Source of the DNA: an uncultured Erysipelotrichaceae bacterium
Lineage (GTDB): Bacteria > Bacillota_I > Bacilli_A > RFN20 > CAG-826
Assembly (NCBI GenBank): GCA_900316365.1
Contig: ONCO01000001.1
Span: forward strand, 71,380-135,379
Direction of reading: 5' to 3'
DNA length: 64,000 nt
Of the stretch, positions 34,726 to 45,687 are shown piece by piece. Below the pieces are notes generated by a model. The model made no database searches, was not told the DNA's origin, and was given only the letters and a program-made list of their open reading frames with translations. Positions within the stretch are counted from its first letter, which is position 1. Each line of letters begins with the position of its first letter. Position numbers and translations under genes: made by a program.

Positions 34726-35013
34726 ATGGGTATTTTCAATGCTTTAGCGAATGTGTTCGCGGCAGTTGACCAGGTTGGCCTCATCGCCATCGGCGCCGGT
34801 CTCGCCATCATGGGTGCGGGCGCCTCTTCCATCGGTGAAGGTATGATCTGCGCCAAAGCCATCGAAGGCATGACCAGGAATCCAGAAATGCAGAGCAAGC
34901 TCCGCAGCACCATGATCTTCGCGGTCGCTCTCGACGAATCCTGCGGTATCTACGCGCTCGTCATCTCGATTCTTTTGATCTTCGTTCTCGCTGTTCCAGC
35001 GCTCAACGCCTAA
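34726..35013 (+). CDS. atpE: F0 ATP synthase subunit c
   Basis: Helix-RNP loop-helix hairpin, with the carboxylate motif ALDESCGIY. Start chosen at ATG 34726, after AGGAGG; the track's extension (from 34684) is basic junk. Confidence 0.9.
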   Translation: MGIFNALANVFAAVDQVGLIAIGAGLAIMGAGASSIGEGMICAKAIEGMTRNPEMQSKLRSTMIFAVALDESCGIYALVISILLIFVLAVPALNA

Positions 35014-35044
35014 TTTTTTCTAAAAGAAAGCAGGGTCACAAAAC

Positions 35045-35590
35045 ATGTTAAATCTCTTGGCACATGTTTATGGTGATGCCGTTCTAAATCCAGAGGACAT
35101 CATCAATAAACTCATCCCGAATTTCTGGGATTTCATCATTCAGCTCGTCGCGTTTATCGTGCTTATTTTCATCGTCTGGCGCATCGCTTATAAGCCAGTC
35201 AAAGAATTCATGAAGAAGCGCGCTGACTATATTGAGAAGAATATCCAGGATAGCGAGATCAGCAAAAAAGAAGCGGCCCAGTATGCGAAGGAAAGCCAAG
35301 AGAACATCGCCAAGAGCCGTGAAGAGGCCAATCGCATCGTGAGCGAATCCAAGAAGCAAGCCACCGCGGAAGCGGAAAGCATCAAGGAGAGCGCGAAAGA
35401 AGAAGCGATCGCCGTGAAGAAAGCGGCCGACGAAGAAATCGCGCTCGCCAAAAAGAAGAGCGAGCAGGATGTCCAGCGTGAAATCGTTGGCGTAGCCATC
35501 GCGGCTAGCGAAGCCGTGCTTGGCCGTGAGGTCAACAAGGAAGACGAAGAACGTCTCCTCGCTGACTTTGTGAATGAGGTTAAGAAATAA
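35045..35590 (+). CDS. atpF: F0 ATP synthase subunit b
   Basis: N-terminal TM helix plus a long charged coiled coil. Operon position supports the call. Confidence 0.85.
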   Translation: MLNLLAHVYGDAVLNPEDIINKLIPNFWDFIIQLVAFIVLIFIVWRIAYKPVKEFMKKRADYIEKNIQDSEISKKEAAQYAKESQENIAKSREEANRIVSESKKQATAEAESIKESAKEEAIAVKKAADEEIALAKKKSEQDVQREIVGVAIAASEAVLGREVNKEDEERLLADFVNEVKK

Positions 35591-35592
35591 GG

Positions 35593-36138
35593 ATGAGCGA
35601 TTCCCTCTACCATAATTACGCATCAGCCCTTTTCGATCTCGTGGAAGGGGACCGTTACGAAGACTATCTTTCAGCGGTCAGAGAAACGGAGAAGAATCTC
35701 TTGGAGCAAAGAGAATTCCTTTCCTTCCTTTCCTCGTATGAAATCCCTCTCTCCGACAAGGAGAAGGCCATCGAGAAGATTTATGGTCCATTGAAGCTTC
35801 CTTATTACACCGATTTCTTAAAGCTTCTTATCAAGAAGCATCGTATTGGCTCCTTTGAGATTATCAGCCGTGAGTTCGGAGAACTCGTCTGCGAAAAACT
35901 CGGCATCATCGAAGGCATCATCTATAGCGTCGAAAAACTCCCGGCGGCAAAAATCCATACCGTCGAAGACGCCTTCGCCAAAAAGTTTGGCAAGAAAGTG
36001 GAGTTGAAGAACGTGATCGAACCAGGCCTCATCGGCGGGGTCAAGGTCGCCTTAGACGGCAAAGTCTATGACGGCTCCTTAAGAAACCGCCTCATGGGTC
36101 TTGAGAATACGTTAATGAAGAGTGGAGGTAGTCGGTAA
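35593..36138 (+). CDS. atpH: F1 ATP synthase subunit delta (OSCP)
   Basis: Size (181 aa), position, and the C-terminal [13 protein letters not shown] pattern. Confidence 0.85.
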   Translation: MSDSLYHNYASALFDLVEGDRYEDYLSAVRETEKNLLEQREFLSFLSSYEIPLSDKEKAIEKIYGPLKLPYYTDFLKLLIKKHRIGSFEIISREFGELVCEKLGIIEGIIYSVEKLPAAKIHTVEDAFAKKFGKKVELKNVIEPGLIGGVKVALDGKVYDGSLRNRLMGLENTLMKSGGSR

Positions 36139-37646
36139 TGAAAATCGATTCCAGCGAAATCGCCAGCTTGATCAAGGCACAGATCAAAGGCTACGAACAA
36201 GAACTCAAGGAAGATGACGTCGGCACCGTTATTTCGGTAGGTGACGGCATCGCCCTTTGCTATGGCCTCAACAACGCCATGTTGGGTGAGCTTTTAATCT
36301 TCCCGCACGATGTCTACGGCATGGTCATGAACCTCGATACCGAGGACGTTGGCTGCGTACTTCTTGGCTCCGACTACGAAATCCTCGAAGGCGATACCGT
36401 CAAGCGTACCCACAAAGTCGTCGAAGTCCCTGTCGGCGATGGCCTTTTGGGCCGTGTCGTCAATGCGCTTGGCCAGCCGATCGATGAAATGGGCAAGATT
36501 GAATATAGCAAAACCCGCCCAGTCGAAAGAATCGCCCCAGGTGTTATGACCCGTAAATCGGTCGATACCCCACTTGAAACCGGCATCAAAGCCATCGATG
36601 CCATGATTCCTATCGGTAGGGGTCAGCGTGAATTAATCATCGGTGACCGTCAGACCGGTAAGACCGCGATCGCTTTAGACGCGATCATCAACCAGAAGGG
36701 CAAGAACGTCAAATGCGTTTACGTTGCCATCGGTCAGAAGAATTCCTCTGTCGCCTCCATCGTTGAGAAATTAAAAGAAAAGCAGTGCATGGATTACGTT
36801 ACGGTCGTCTCCTCCTCGGCCTCTGAATCCGCGCCATTACAGTATCTCGCCCCATTCGCCGGCATGGCGATGGCGGAAGAGTGGATGGAGAATGGACAGG
36901 ATGTCCTCATCGTCTTCGATGACCTCTCCAAACACGCGGTCGCCTATCGTACTTTAAGCTTATTGCTTAAGAGATCCCCGGGTCGTGAAGCTTACCCAGG
37001 CGACATTTTCTACCTACATTCCCGCCTCCTTGAGCGCGCTTGCCGCCTCAACAAAGACTATGGTGGCGGTTCCATCACCGCTCTCCCGATCGTTGAGACC
37101 CAGGCAGGTGACATCTCCGCCTACATCCCAACCAACATCATTTCCATCACCGACGGTCAGATCTTCTTGCTCGTCGACTATTTCAACGCCGGTCAGCGTC
37201 CGGCCATCGACTCCGGCTTCTCTGTCAGCCGTGTCGGTAGCTCCGCTCAGGTCAAGGCGATGAAGGAAGTCGCCAAAGGCTTAAAGATCGACCTCGCCAA
37301 CTATAACGAAATGCTTTCCTTCTCGCAGTTCGGCAGCGACCTCGACAAGGAAACCAAGAAGGTTCTCACCCACGGTAAGATCCTCATGGAAGTCCTTAAG
37401 CAGAAACAATACGCCACCTGCAGCATGGAGCGTCAGGTTATCGAACTCTACGCCGTCAAGAACGGTTTCTTAGATGACCTCGAAACCAAGGATGTCCATC
37501 CATTCTTAGATGGCTGCTATAGCGCCATCAAAGCGAAACACCCAGAAATCATTGCCTCCCTCATCGAGAAGAAGGCTTTTGATGATGCTACGCGCGACGC
37601 CCTTAAAGCGGCGGTCGCCGATTTCAAGGAGGGCTTTAAGGCCTAA
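36138..37646 (+). CDS. atpA: F1 ATP synthase subunit alpha
   Basis: GDRQTGKT Walker A and alpha-specific motifs. 502 aa. Confidence 0.97.
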   Translation: MKIDSSEIASLIKAQIKGYEQELKEDDVGTVISVGDGIALCYGLNNAMLGELLIFPHDVYGMVMNLDTEDVGCVLLGSDYEILEGDTVKRTHKVVEVPVGDGLLGRVVNALGQPIDEMGKIEYSKTRPVERIAPGVMTRKSVDTPLETGIKAIDAMIPIGRGQRELIIGDRQTGKTAIALDAIINQKGKNVKCVYVAIGQKNSSVASIVEKLKEKQCMDYVTVVSSSASESAPLQYLAPFAGMAMAEEWMENGQDVLIVFDDLSKHAVAYRTLSLLLKRSPGREAYPGDIFYLHSRLLERACRLNKDYGGGSITALPIVETQAGDISAYIPTNIISITDGQIFLLVDYFNAGQRPAIDSGFSVSRVGSSAQVKAMKEVAKGLKIDLANYNEMLSFSQFGSDLDKETKKVLTHGKILMEVLKQKQYATCSMERQVIELYAVKNGFLDDLETKDVHPFLDGCYSAIKAKHPEIIASLIEKKAFDDATRDALKAAVADFKEGFKA

Positions 37647-37651
37647 AGGAT

Positions 37652-38515
37652 ATGGCGAGCGGTTTGAATAAAACCAAAAGGCGCATCGTCTCGGTCAAGT
37701 CGACCAAGAAGATCACCAAGGCCATGGGCATGGTCAGCACGGTCAAGCTTAAACGCTACCGCGATGTTTTCGATGCCTCCAATGGCTATAGCCTTGAAAT
37801 CGCCAAACTCATGGCCGAGCTTTTCCAACAGGACATGGGCGAAAGAACCCATTACGCATCCTATAACGATGGCGTTGAGGGCACTTTGTATATCCTTTTC
37901 ACCAGCGACCTTGGCCTATGCGCCGGCTATAACAACGAGTTATTCAAGTACACCGACAAGGTCCTTAAGCCAGGTGATACCTTGATGCCGCTTGGCCAAA
38001 AAGGCGTTAACCATTATCAGAGAAACGAGCCTAAAGGAGTCACCGTAGACTTAAGCCTTGCTCCTCTAGGACTTGACCCAGATCCTGCTGCTGTTGCTAG
38101 GACCATGCAGTCATTGAAAGAGGACTTCAACGCGAAGAAATACCGCAACATCGTCCTCATCTATACCCATTACGTTAATTCGCTTCGCTTCGTGCCAGAG
38201 GAATTTCAACTCCTCCCGGTCGATATGCCATTCGAAAGAAAGGCTGAGGACGATTATTGTCCGAAGATTATGGAACCGGATGCGAAGACGATGATTCATA
38301 TGCTTCTCCCCGAATACTTAGCCTCCCTCTTCGCGGCTAAGCTCACGGAAAGCAAAGTCAGCGAGCAGGCCTCCAGGCGCAGCGCCATGGACAAGGCCAA
38401 CGACAATGCGGACGAACTCATCGAGAAACTCACGATCGAATACAACAAAGCAAGACAAGGTGCCATCACCCAGGAGATCACAGAAGTCGTCTCCGGCGCG
38501 AAGGCCCAACAATAA
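37652..38515 (+). CDS. atpG: F1 ATP synthase subunit gamma
   Basis: N-terminal IVSVKSTKKITKAM and C-terminal YNKARQGAITQEITEVVSGA. Confidence 0.95.
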   Translation: MASGLNKTKRRIVSVKSTKKITKAMGMVSTVKLKRYRDVFDASNGYSLEIAKLMAELFQQDMGERTHYASYNDGVEGTLYILFTSDLGLCAGYNNELFKYTDKVLKPGDTLMPLGQKGVNHYQRNEPKGVTVDLSLAPLGLDPDPAAVARTMQSLKEDFNAKKYRNIVLIYTHYVNSLRFVPEEFQLLPVDMPFERKAEDDYCPKIMEPDAKTMIHMLLPEYLASLFAAKLTESKVSEQASRRSAMDKANDNADELIEKLTIEYNKARQGAITQEITEVVSGAKAQQ

Positions 38516-39937
<1,422 letters not shown>

Positions 39938-39939
39938 GC

Positions 39940-40359
39940 ATGCCATTCCGCCTCAAGATCGAAACGCAGAAAGGCCTCTTCTTCAATGAAGAGGTGGATG
40001 AGGCGTATTTCCCATCGGTGATGGGTCCTTTGGGCGTGCTTCCAGGACATACCAGGATCATCTCCAAGATGAAACCTGCTGGAATCCTTAAGGTCGTCAA
40101 AGATGGCAAAAGCCAATATTTCGCTATCTTCGGCGGCATCCTCAATTTCGAGCATGATGAAGGCTTGCTCTTAGCGCCTCTTATCGAAAATGGTTCCTCG
40201 ATCGACTTAGCTAGGGCCCAGGCCGCCAGAGACAGGGCTCAGGAGCGCTTAGAGAAGAAAGCCGAGGACTTAGACGAGAAGAGGGCCAAAGCGGCCTTAC
40301 TCCGCGCCTTGGTGCGCATCGAGTGCAAGATGTTTAGCGATGGTGGAGGCAAGGCATGA
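39940..40359 (+). CDS. atpC: F1 ATP synthase subunit epsilon
   Basis: Beta-sandwich N-terminus plus a helical hairpin C-terminus. It is the last atp gene. Confidence 0.9.
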   Translation: MPFRLKIETQKGLFFNEEVDEAYFPSVMGPLGVLPGHTRIISKMKPAGILKVVKDGKSQYFAIFGGILNFEHDEGLLLAPLIENGSSIDLARAQAARDRAQERLEKKAEDLDEKRAKAALLRALVRIECKMFSDGGGKA

Positions 40360-41579
40360 ACTTTGTCTTCGTCTCCCCAAACTTTCCAATCAGATACTTC
40401 AAATGGGTTGAATCCCTCAAGAGGCGTGGCATCAACGTTTTAGGCGTCGGTGATACGCCTTATTTTGATACATTACCGCGTCTTCGCTCCGCATTAACGG
40501 AATACTATTACGTCCACAACATGTCCGATTTCGAGGAAATGAAGAGGGCGATTGGCTACTTCCAGGATAAGTATGGCCATATTGACTACATCGAAAGCGA
40601 CAATGAATGGTGGCTCGAAAGCGATGCGAAACTTCGTGAAGTCTTTGGCGTGACCACCGGCTTCCATCCATCTGAGATGCGTAAGATCAAAGCCAAAAGC
40701 GCGATGAAGGAATGCTTCCAAAACGCCGGGGTTAAGACCATGCGTTATCTCTTAGTTAACGGTCCTGAATCCTTGGAGGACGCGCTTAAGTTTTCTAGCA
40801 AAGTCGGATACCCGTTGTTCGTCAAACCGGATATCGGGGTCGGTGCTTCCCATAGCTATAAGTTAGAAAACGAAGGCGAATTAAGAGACTTCCTTAAAGA
40901 GAAACTCCCTGAGACTTACATCATGGAGGAATATATCGACGGCATCATCGTGAGCTATGACGGCATCTGCGATGATTCTTCTAACGTCGTTTTTGAGACA
41001 AGCGACCATTTCCCGATCCCACCATCGGAGATCGTTGATGGCTCGAATGACGATTACTATTACACCAATCCATTCTCCCTCCCGATGCCCGACGTCGATA
41101 AAGAAGCCTTCTCTAAGGCGGGGCGTTCTGTCATCAAGAGCTTCGGCATCAAGAAGCGTTTCTTCCATATCGAGTTCTTTGTCTTAAATAAAGACAAACC
41201 AGGCTTTGCCTCTAGAGGTGAGATCGTCGCCCTTGAATGCAACATGAGACCGCCGGGAGGATATACCCCTGACCTCATTAACTTCGGCGAATCCCTCTCT
41301 TGCTATGAGATTTACGCGGATGTCATCGCCTATAACGAAAACAGGCAAGACGACACGAAGACCAAGTATTATTCCATCACAGCAAGCAGAAGAGACAATC
41401 TCTCCTATGTCCATAATGATGAGGAGATTTTCGCCGCCTTTGGCCAATCAATCACGGCGACTGGACGTTATCCAGATCACCTTGCGGATGATATGGGGAA
41501 TAGCTATTTCTTCGCCAAATTCGAAAAACTCGAAGACGCATTGGCCTTCGAGCGATTCGTTAGGGAGAAAAAGGCTTAG
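40356..41579 (+). CDS. ATP-grasp domain protein (unknown ligase), translationally coupled to atpC
   Basis: Pre-ATP-grasp N-terminal domain. The ATP-grasp core includes KAKSAMKECFQNAGV, YPLFVKPDIGVGAS, IMEEYIDG and ALECNMRPPGG. The ATG overlaps the atpC stop (ATGA). Confidence 0.8.
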   Translation: MNFVFVSPNFPIRYFKWVESLKRRGINVLGVGDTPYFDTLPRLRSALTEYYYVHNMSDFEEMKRAIGYFQDKYGHIDYIESDNEWWLESDAKLREVFGVTTGFHPSEMRKIKAKSAMKECFQNAGVKTMRYLLVNGPESLEDALKFSSKVGYPLFVKPDIGVGASHSYKLENEGELRDFLKEKLPETYIMEEYIDGIIVSYDGICDDSSNVVFETSDHFPIPPSEIVDGSNDDYYYTNPFSLPMPDVDKEAFSKAGRSVIKSFGIKKRFFHIEFFVLNKDKPGFASRGEIVALECNMRPPGGYTPDLINFGESLSCYEIYADVIAYNENRQDDTKTKYYSITASRRDNLSYVHNDEEIFAAFGQSITATGRYPDHLADDMGNSYFFAKFEKLEDALAFERFVREKKA

Positions 41580-42436
41580 CCTTTGAAATAAGCGTCGACC
41601 ATCTTCTTGGCCCCGATATTCTCGGAGCGGAAAGATGAAGCGGTGGCGTCGCCGCCATCCTGATATAAGAAGTCCTCGGAATAGCTCGTCGGGAACATGC
41701 TGGCGAGCTTTTCTTTATCCATGTCGGAGAGTTTGTTGATATTGATATAGGCCAAGGCTTTACGGCTCTTCTTGGCAAGTTCATAGATGTTCTCGCGGTA
41801 GAAAGCATCGTCCGTGCCGGAGGTGAAATAATAGAGAGCCTGCTTATTATCCTTACGGAAGGCAACGATGCCTTCGAGGGTTTCGAAATGATAGATATTC
41901 GTGCGGTTAAGCTGCTTGATGAAGAACTCGGAAAGCATCTTGCCACTGGAGGTGCTGGCGTAGAAGTTCTTGTAGATGGCTTCAGGTTTGCCATTATTGG
42001 CTTTGACGAGGTGGATGACAGGGGTAGCGAGGTTTTCTGAAATGCTAGACATATCAGAGCCTTCGCCATAGCTGGAGGCCCAGCTCTTCATAGCCTCTTG
42101 GTCGGTGATAGGATCGCTATAAATCTTGAGTCTGCTCTTGAGGGCAAAGTCAACGAAGGACGGCTCTAAATCGAGGCAGTGGCTGCAGGTATCGCGAGTG
42201 AAAAGAAGGAAGAAGTCCTGGTTGGAGGCGATGTCGTTACGATAGGCCTCGATGTTTCCTGCGACGGTGACGTTTTTGTATTTAAGATTGGCGGACGAAG
42301 TGTAGACCAAAAGGTCGCCATTTTGGTCGATGGTCGGGATATCGTCGCTTCGATAACCGAAGGTGGCCTCACCGCAAGCGGATAGGCTAAAAAGCGGAAG
42401 TATCAGCGTAGCAAAAAGGAAGGCCTTCTTTTTCAT
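41576..42436 (-). CDS. Lipoprotein with a thioredoxin-like CxxC domain
   Basis: MKKKAFLFATLILPLFSLSAC lipobox, and FFLLFTRDTCSHCLDLEP, which is thioredoxin-fold-like with CSHC. Confidence 0.7.
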   Translation of the reverse strand: MKKKAFLFATLILPLFSLSACGEATFGYRSDDIPTIDQNGDLLVYTSSANLKYKNVTVAGNIEAYRNDIASNQDFFLLFTRDTCSHCLDLEPSFVDFALKSRLKIYSDPITDQEAMKSWASSYGEGSDMSSISENLATPVIHLVKANNGKPEAIYKNFYASTSSGKMLSEFFIKQLNRTNIYHFETLEGIVAFRKDNKQALYYFTSGTDDAFYRENIYELAKKSRKALAYININKLSDMDKEKLASMFPTSYSEDFLYQDGGDATASSFRSENIGAKKMVDAYFKG

Positions 42437-42549
42437 GCCATTACTATAAACCTTTTTCTTAAGAATGAGGCGTCTATGTTGCGTCTTTCTTGCGACATTT
42501 CAGGAAAATGCGACAATATAAATAACAAATCCCCTTTGGAGGAAAAAAT

Positions 42550-42708
42550 ATGGATAAGTATGTCTGCTCTCTTTGCGGCTACGTCTATGATCCAGAAGTC
42601 GGTGATCCTGACGGCGGCATCGCCCCAGGCACCAAATTCGAGGACATCCCGGACGATTGGGTTTGCCCGCTTTGCGGCGCGACCAAAGATATGTTCCAAA
42701 AGGCCTAG
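42550..42708 (+). CDS. rub: Rubredoxin (52 aa)
   Basis: [52 protein letters not shown] contains the two CxxCG knuckles and the conserved aromatic core. RBS GGAGG lies 8 nt upstream. It is absent from the ORF track because it is under 60 aa. Confidence 0.92.
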   Translation: MDKYVCSLCGYVYDPEVGDPDGGIAPGTKFEDIPDDWVCPLCGATKDMFQKA

Positions 42709-42886
42709 AACCTTTTTTCTGCTGCAGGTTTTTTCTATTAGCGGCACGACGCTTTCGGGGCGTTTTGCTGTGTCTGCATGGCTGAAATGCCAATTGTTTT
42801 CGAATCGCTGTTATGACTCGGCGGAACCTGATTTGGCTCGGATAGACACATAGAGGCGGCGGCAAGCGTTGTTAATAGATCAATCA

Positions 42887-43336
42887 TTATTCATTTTCCT
42901 CTAGCGTAAAGGAAATCAAATCGTTCTCGTACGGGATGCTAAGTGTATAGTGGCCTGGCCACTCGGATTCGCCTGGTTTGTAGGCTTGGAATGGGGTGAA
43001 TTCGGCTCCGTTGTCATCTTTGTAATAAACGAGTTCGAAAGTATCATCCACTAGATTTTCGAAGATGTAGGCAAACGTGCTGCCATCTTCTTTGACAGCG
43101 GAAAAAGAAACGGAATAGTACTTTTTGTTTATGCGATCGCGGACGACGTTAATCCCGTTTGCTTCCACGTATGTTTCGCTGTCGATTTTCTCTACAACGA
43201 AAGTGCCTTCGATGGTGTGATTATCGTCATAGCCGGAGAAGACGCCAGCGGTTATTGGGAATCTTAGTTCTCTCCAACAAGAAGATAACAGGAGCGGCGT
43301 TATCAAAAGACCAATAATAATTGGGGTTTTTGTCAT
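42887..43336 (-). CDS. Small lipoprotein, function unknown
   Basis: Start chosen at ATG 43336, after GGAGGAGG. MTKTPIIIGLLITPLLLSSC is the lipobox. Confidence 0.7.
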   Translation of the reverse strand: MTKTPIIIGLLITPLLLSSCWRELRFPITAGVFSGYDDNHTIEGTFVVEKIDSETYVEANGINVVRDRINKKYYSVSFSAVKEDGSTFAYIFENLVDDTFELVYYKDDNGAEFTPFQAYKPGESEWPGHYTLSIPYENDLISFTLEENE

Positions 43337-43432
43337 TTTCGTAAGCCTCCTCCGAAAAACTAGAAAAATTATGCTTCGGCTCTTTTTGCCTAGCAACAAT
43401 TCTTGAACAGCTAAGGAAGTGGCCGAAACGTA

Positions 43433-44215
43433 TCATTGCTCCGTGAAGGCTTTCTTTTTGTCTTCCATTATCGTGAGGAACGCCTCTTGCTTGCTGTCCG
43501 TGTAACGGCATTTCGCCCAATAAAACCATAAGGCGTCTTCGAATTTCATCACGCGTTTTACGTTCTGATATTCCTTTTCGATATCTTCTTTGCCGAAGTA
43601 TTCCCTTAGGAATATCTCGATTCTATCTTTGTCGGTAATCTTGTTCTCGCTTAAAGTCGAGGCTAAATCAAAAACAGGGGAATTTGTACCGGCGAATTCA
43701 AAGTCAATTAGGTAAGGTTTGCCGTTTTTTATCAGCATATTGCCTTGCCATAAATCGTTATGGCAGATCACTTGCTTGCCTTCTAATAGAGGCGCGATTT
43801 CGCTATACAAATCGCCCTCATCTAAGTCCTCTTGGCTCTTGGCTTTATAGTAGTCATAACGTCCTTTAACGCCGAAAGGGGCGATGCCATCGCTCGGTAA
43901 GGAATGCAACTTTTTGAGTAAGGCGGCGTAGAGCTTAAGATCTTCTATGGACCCATTAAAGAATCGCGCGCCGGAGAGATATTCCTCAACTTTATCGCCC
44001 GTTTTTGCGTCGTATGCAATCTGCTTTGGGGCGATGTCGATGGCCTGAATTCTTTTTAAAATTGCTTCTTCTTGTGGCGGCGAGAAAAAAGGAAAATCGC
44101 TTTCCTTCTTCTTGCGGTAAACGTATCTGGCATTAATCAGGTACGTGTCGTTGGAGGTTCCGTCTTTAAGAGGTTCGCAGGCGGCGACTTCTATGTCTAA
44201 AAGAGGGAAACTCAC
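43433..44215 (-). CDS. Choline/ethanolamine kinase-like phosphotransferase (APH fold, LicA-like)
   Basis: ICHNDLWQGNML (HxDxxxxN) and YLIDFEFAG motifs. It has a 4-nt overlap with the upstream rqcH-like gene. Confidence 0.72.
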   Translation of the reverse strand: MSFPLLDIEVAACEPLKDGTSNDTYLINARYVYRKKKESDFPFFSPPQEEAILKRIQAIDIAPKQIAYDAKTGDKVEEYLSGARFFNGSIEDLKLYAALLKKLHSLPSDGIAPFGVKGRYDYYKAKSQEDLDEGDLYSEIAPLLEGKQVICHNDLWQGNMLIKNGKPYLIDFEFAGTNSPVFDLASTLSENKITDKDRIEIFLREYFGKEDIEKEYQNVKRVMKFEDALWFYWAKCRYTDSKQEAFLTIMEDKKKAFTEQ

Positions 44216-45612
44216 TTTAGGCTCACCTTCTTCGCATTGGCAAAGATTGCTTTGGCCTCTTCATCGGCTTCTCCGCGGATGCTTCTAAAGGAAAGGAGGA
44301 CGGCTTGTCCTGGGACGCTGCCATTACGGACGTCTTTCCTTAGGGAATAGGAGACCATGCCTTCTTCTAAGCCCGAAGCCAATAAGGCTAACTTCACGCC
44401 AAAGGAAACTTCATCTTCGTTCGGATGATCTTTCTTGATGATGACATGTGCGCCGGAATCACCTTCGACATGGAGCCAACCATGGTTCCTTGATGTGTCG
44501 AAGTGGAAGGTGAGGAAATCATTCTGCTTAGCGCTTTTGCCATAAAGGTAAGTAACGCCATTATAGGTAACGAAATATGGGAGCAAAGCACTTCCTACAT
44601 CGTTCTTCTTTTTCTTCGCATTCTTTGGCCCAAAGCCATACTTTTCCGATAACAAAGCTAGGTATTCTTCGCTTGCGCCATTAGATAAGGCGATATCTTC
44701 TTCAAGGGATTCTAACTCCTTGACGGTCTTGTCTTTGTTTTCTTTGCTGATGGCTAAAGCGGTCTTGGCCTTCTTGGCTCTTTTGAAGAAAAGCTCGGCA
44801 TTCTTAACCGCATTAAAACGCGGATCGAGAGCTACTTCTTCGCCATAATAATCCATCTTCCCAGTCTCTGGGTGGATGGAGTCGATATCGGTGTAGATGA
44901 AGTTGCCATAGTCGCCATCATGGAGATGGGCTTCGGCTTTCTTAACGTCATCATCCAAAAGCAGGAGTTTCTTCTTCAAAGAACGTTCTTTGCGTTTGAA
45001 GAAATCAAAGAGAGGCTTATAGATTTCCTTTTTACGTTTCTCGATAAGAAGAGCCTCGCTTTCGGAGATCTTGCTTTGGTATTCGGCAAAGGAGAATTCC
45101 TTCTTTGGAAGGAGCCTCTTGAATTCTTTCTTTTCCGGGAAAATGTAGGGGGCGTGGACTAATAAAGCGCGGGTTTCGTTGATCGCGCCCATACGGAAAC
45201 CGCCCATGATGCACTTATCTTCATCAAGCAGGAAGAAGTTGCTTTTCCCTGGTAATAGTTCCGAGACCAAATACCTGGTGACTGGCTTAAATGTCGCGGA
45301 GATCGCCTCTAAGACGAAGACGAGAATCCTATCCTCATTCCAAACCTCAACATCCATGATTCTGGCGTTCTGGGTCTCTTTCCTTAAGGAGAGGTAAAAG
45401 GAAGAGGAAAGCGAAGTGACGTCCTCCAAAGTCTGGCTTACGTTGACATATGGAGAAGGTCCCTCAAAGGAGAAGACGAGTTTGCCTCCACGAGAGAGGT
45501 GGAAAGCGAAAACAGACGGAGAAACGAGTACAAGGTGCGATACTTTTGCTCCGACGAGCTCTTTTTGATAGTAGGAGGCGAGGGCCTCGAGTTCGTGCTG
45601 GTTCAGTGCCAT
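44212..45612 (-). CDS. rqcH: NFACT-family RqcH/FbpA-like ribosome quality control protein (short, 466 aa)
   Basis: NFACT-N-like N-terminus, a central coiled coil, and the DUF814 motif WLHVEGDSGAHVIIK. Confidence 0.78.
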   Translation of the reverse strand: MALNQHELEALASYYQKELVGAKVSHLVLVSPSVFAFHLSRGGKLVFSFEGPSPYVNVSQTLEDVTSLSSSFYLSLRKETQNARIMDVEVWNEDRILVFVLEAISATFKPVTRYLVSELLPGKSNFFLLDEDKCIMGGFRMGAINETRALLVHAPYIFPEKKEFKRLLPKKEFSFAEYQSKISESEALLIEKRKKEIYKPLFDFFKRKERSLKKKLLLLDDDVKKAEAHLHDGDYGNFIYTDIDSIHPETGKMDYYGEEVALDPRFNAVKNAELFFKRAKKAKTALAISKENKDKTVKELESLEEDIALSNGASEEYLALLSEKYGFGPKNAKKKKNDVGSALLPYFVTYNGVTYLYGKSAKQNDFLTFHFDTSRNHGWLHVEGDSGAHVIIKKDHPNEDEVSFGVKLALLASGLEEGMVSYSLRKDVRNGSVPGQAVLLSFRSIRGEADEEAKAIFANAKKVSLK

Positions 45613-45687
45613 GCGGGCATTATAGCACGCTATATGCGCGTAAGGCGCATTGCCCTATGCAAATTAAATGGCTAAAATACTTGCATT

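Noticed and set aside
40356-40359. Alternative genetic code (TGA = Trp, Mollicutes code 4).
   Set aside because: Well-conserved genes end at TGA exactly where homologues end (atpC, rpe, glgC/glgD overlaps of the ATGA type). Conserved Trp positions use TGG (trxA WCGPC, rubredoxin DDW). No conserved ORF is interrupted by an in-frame TGA.
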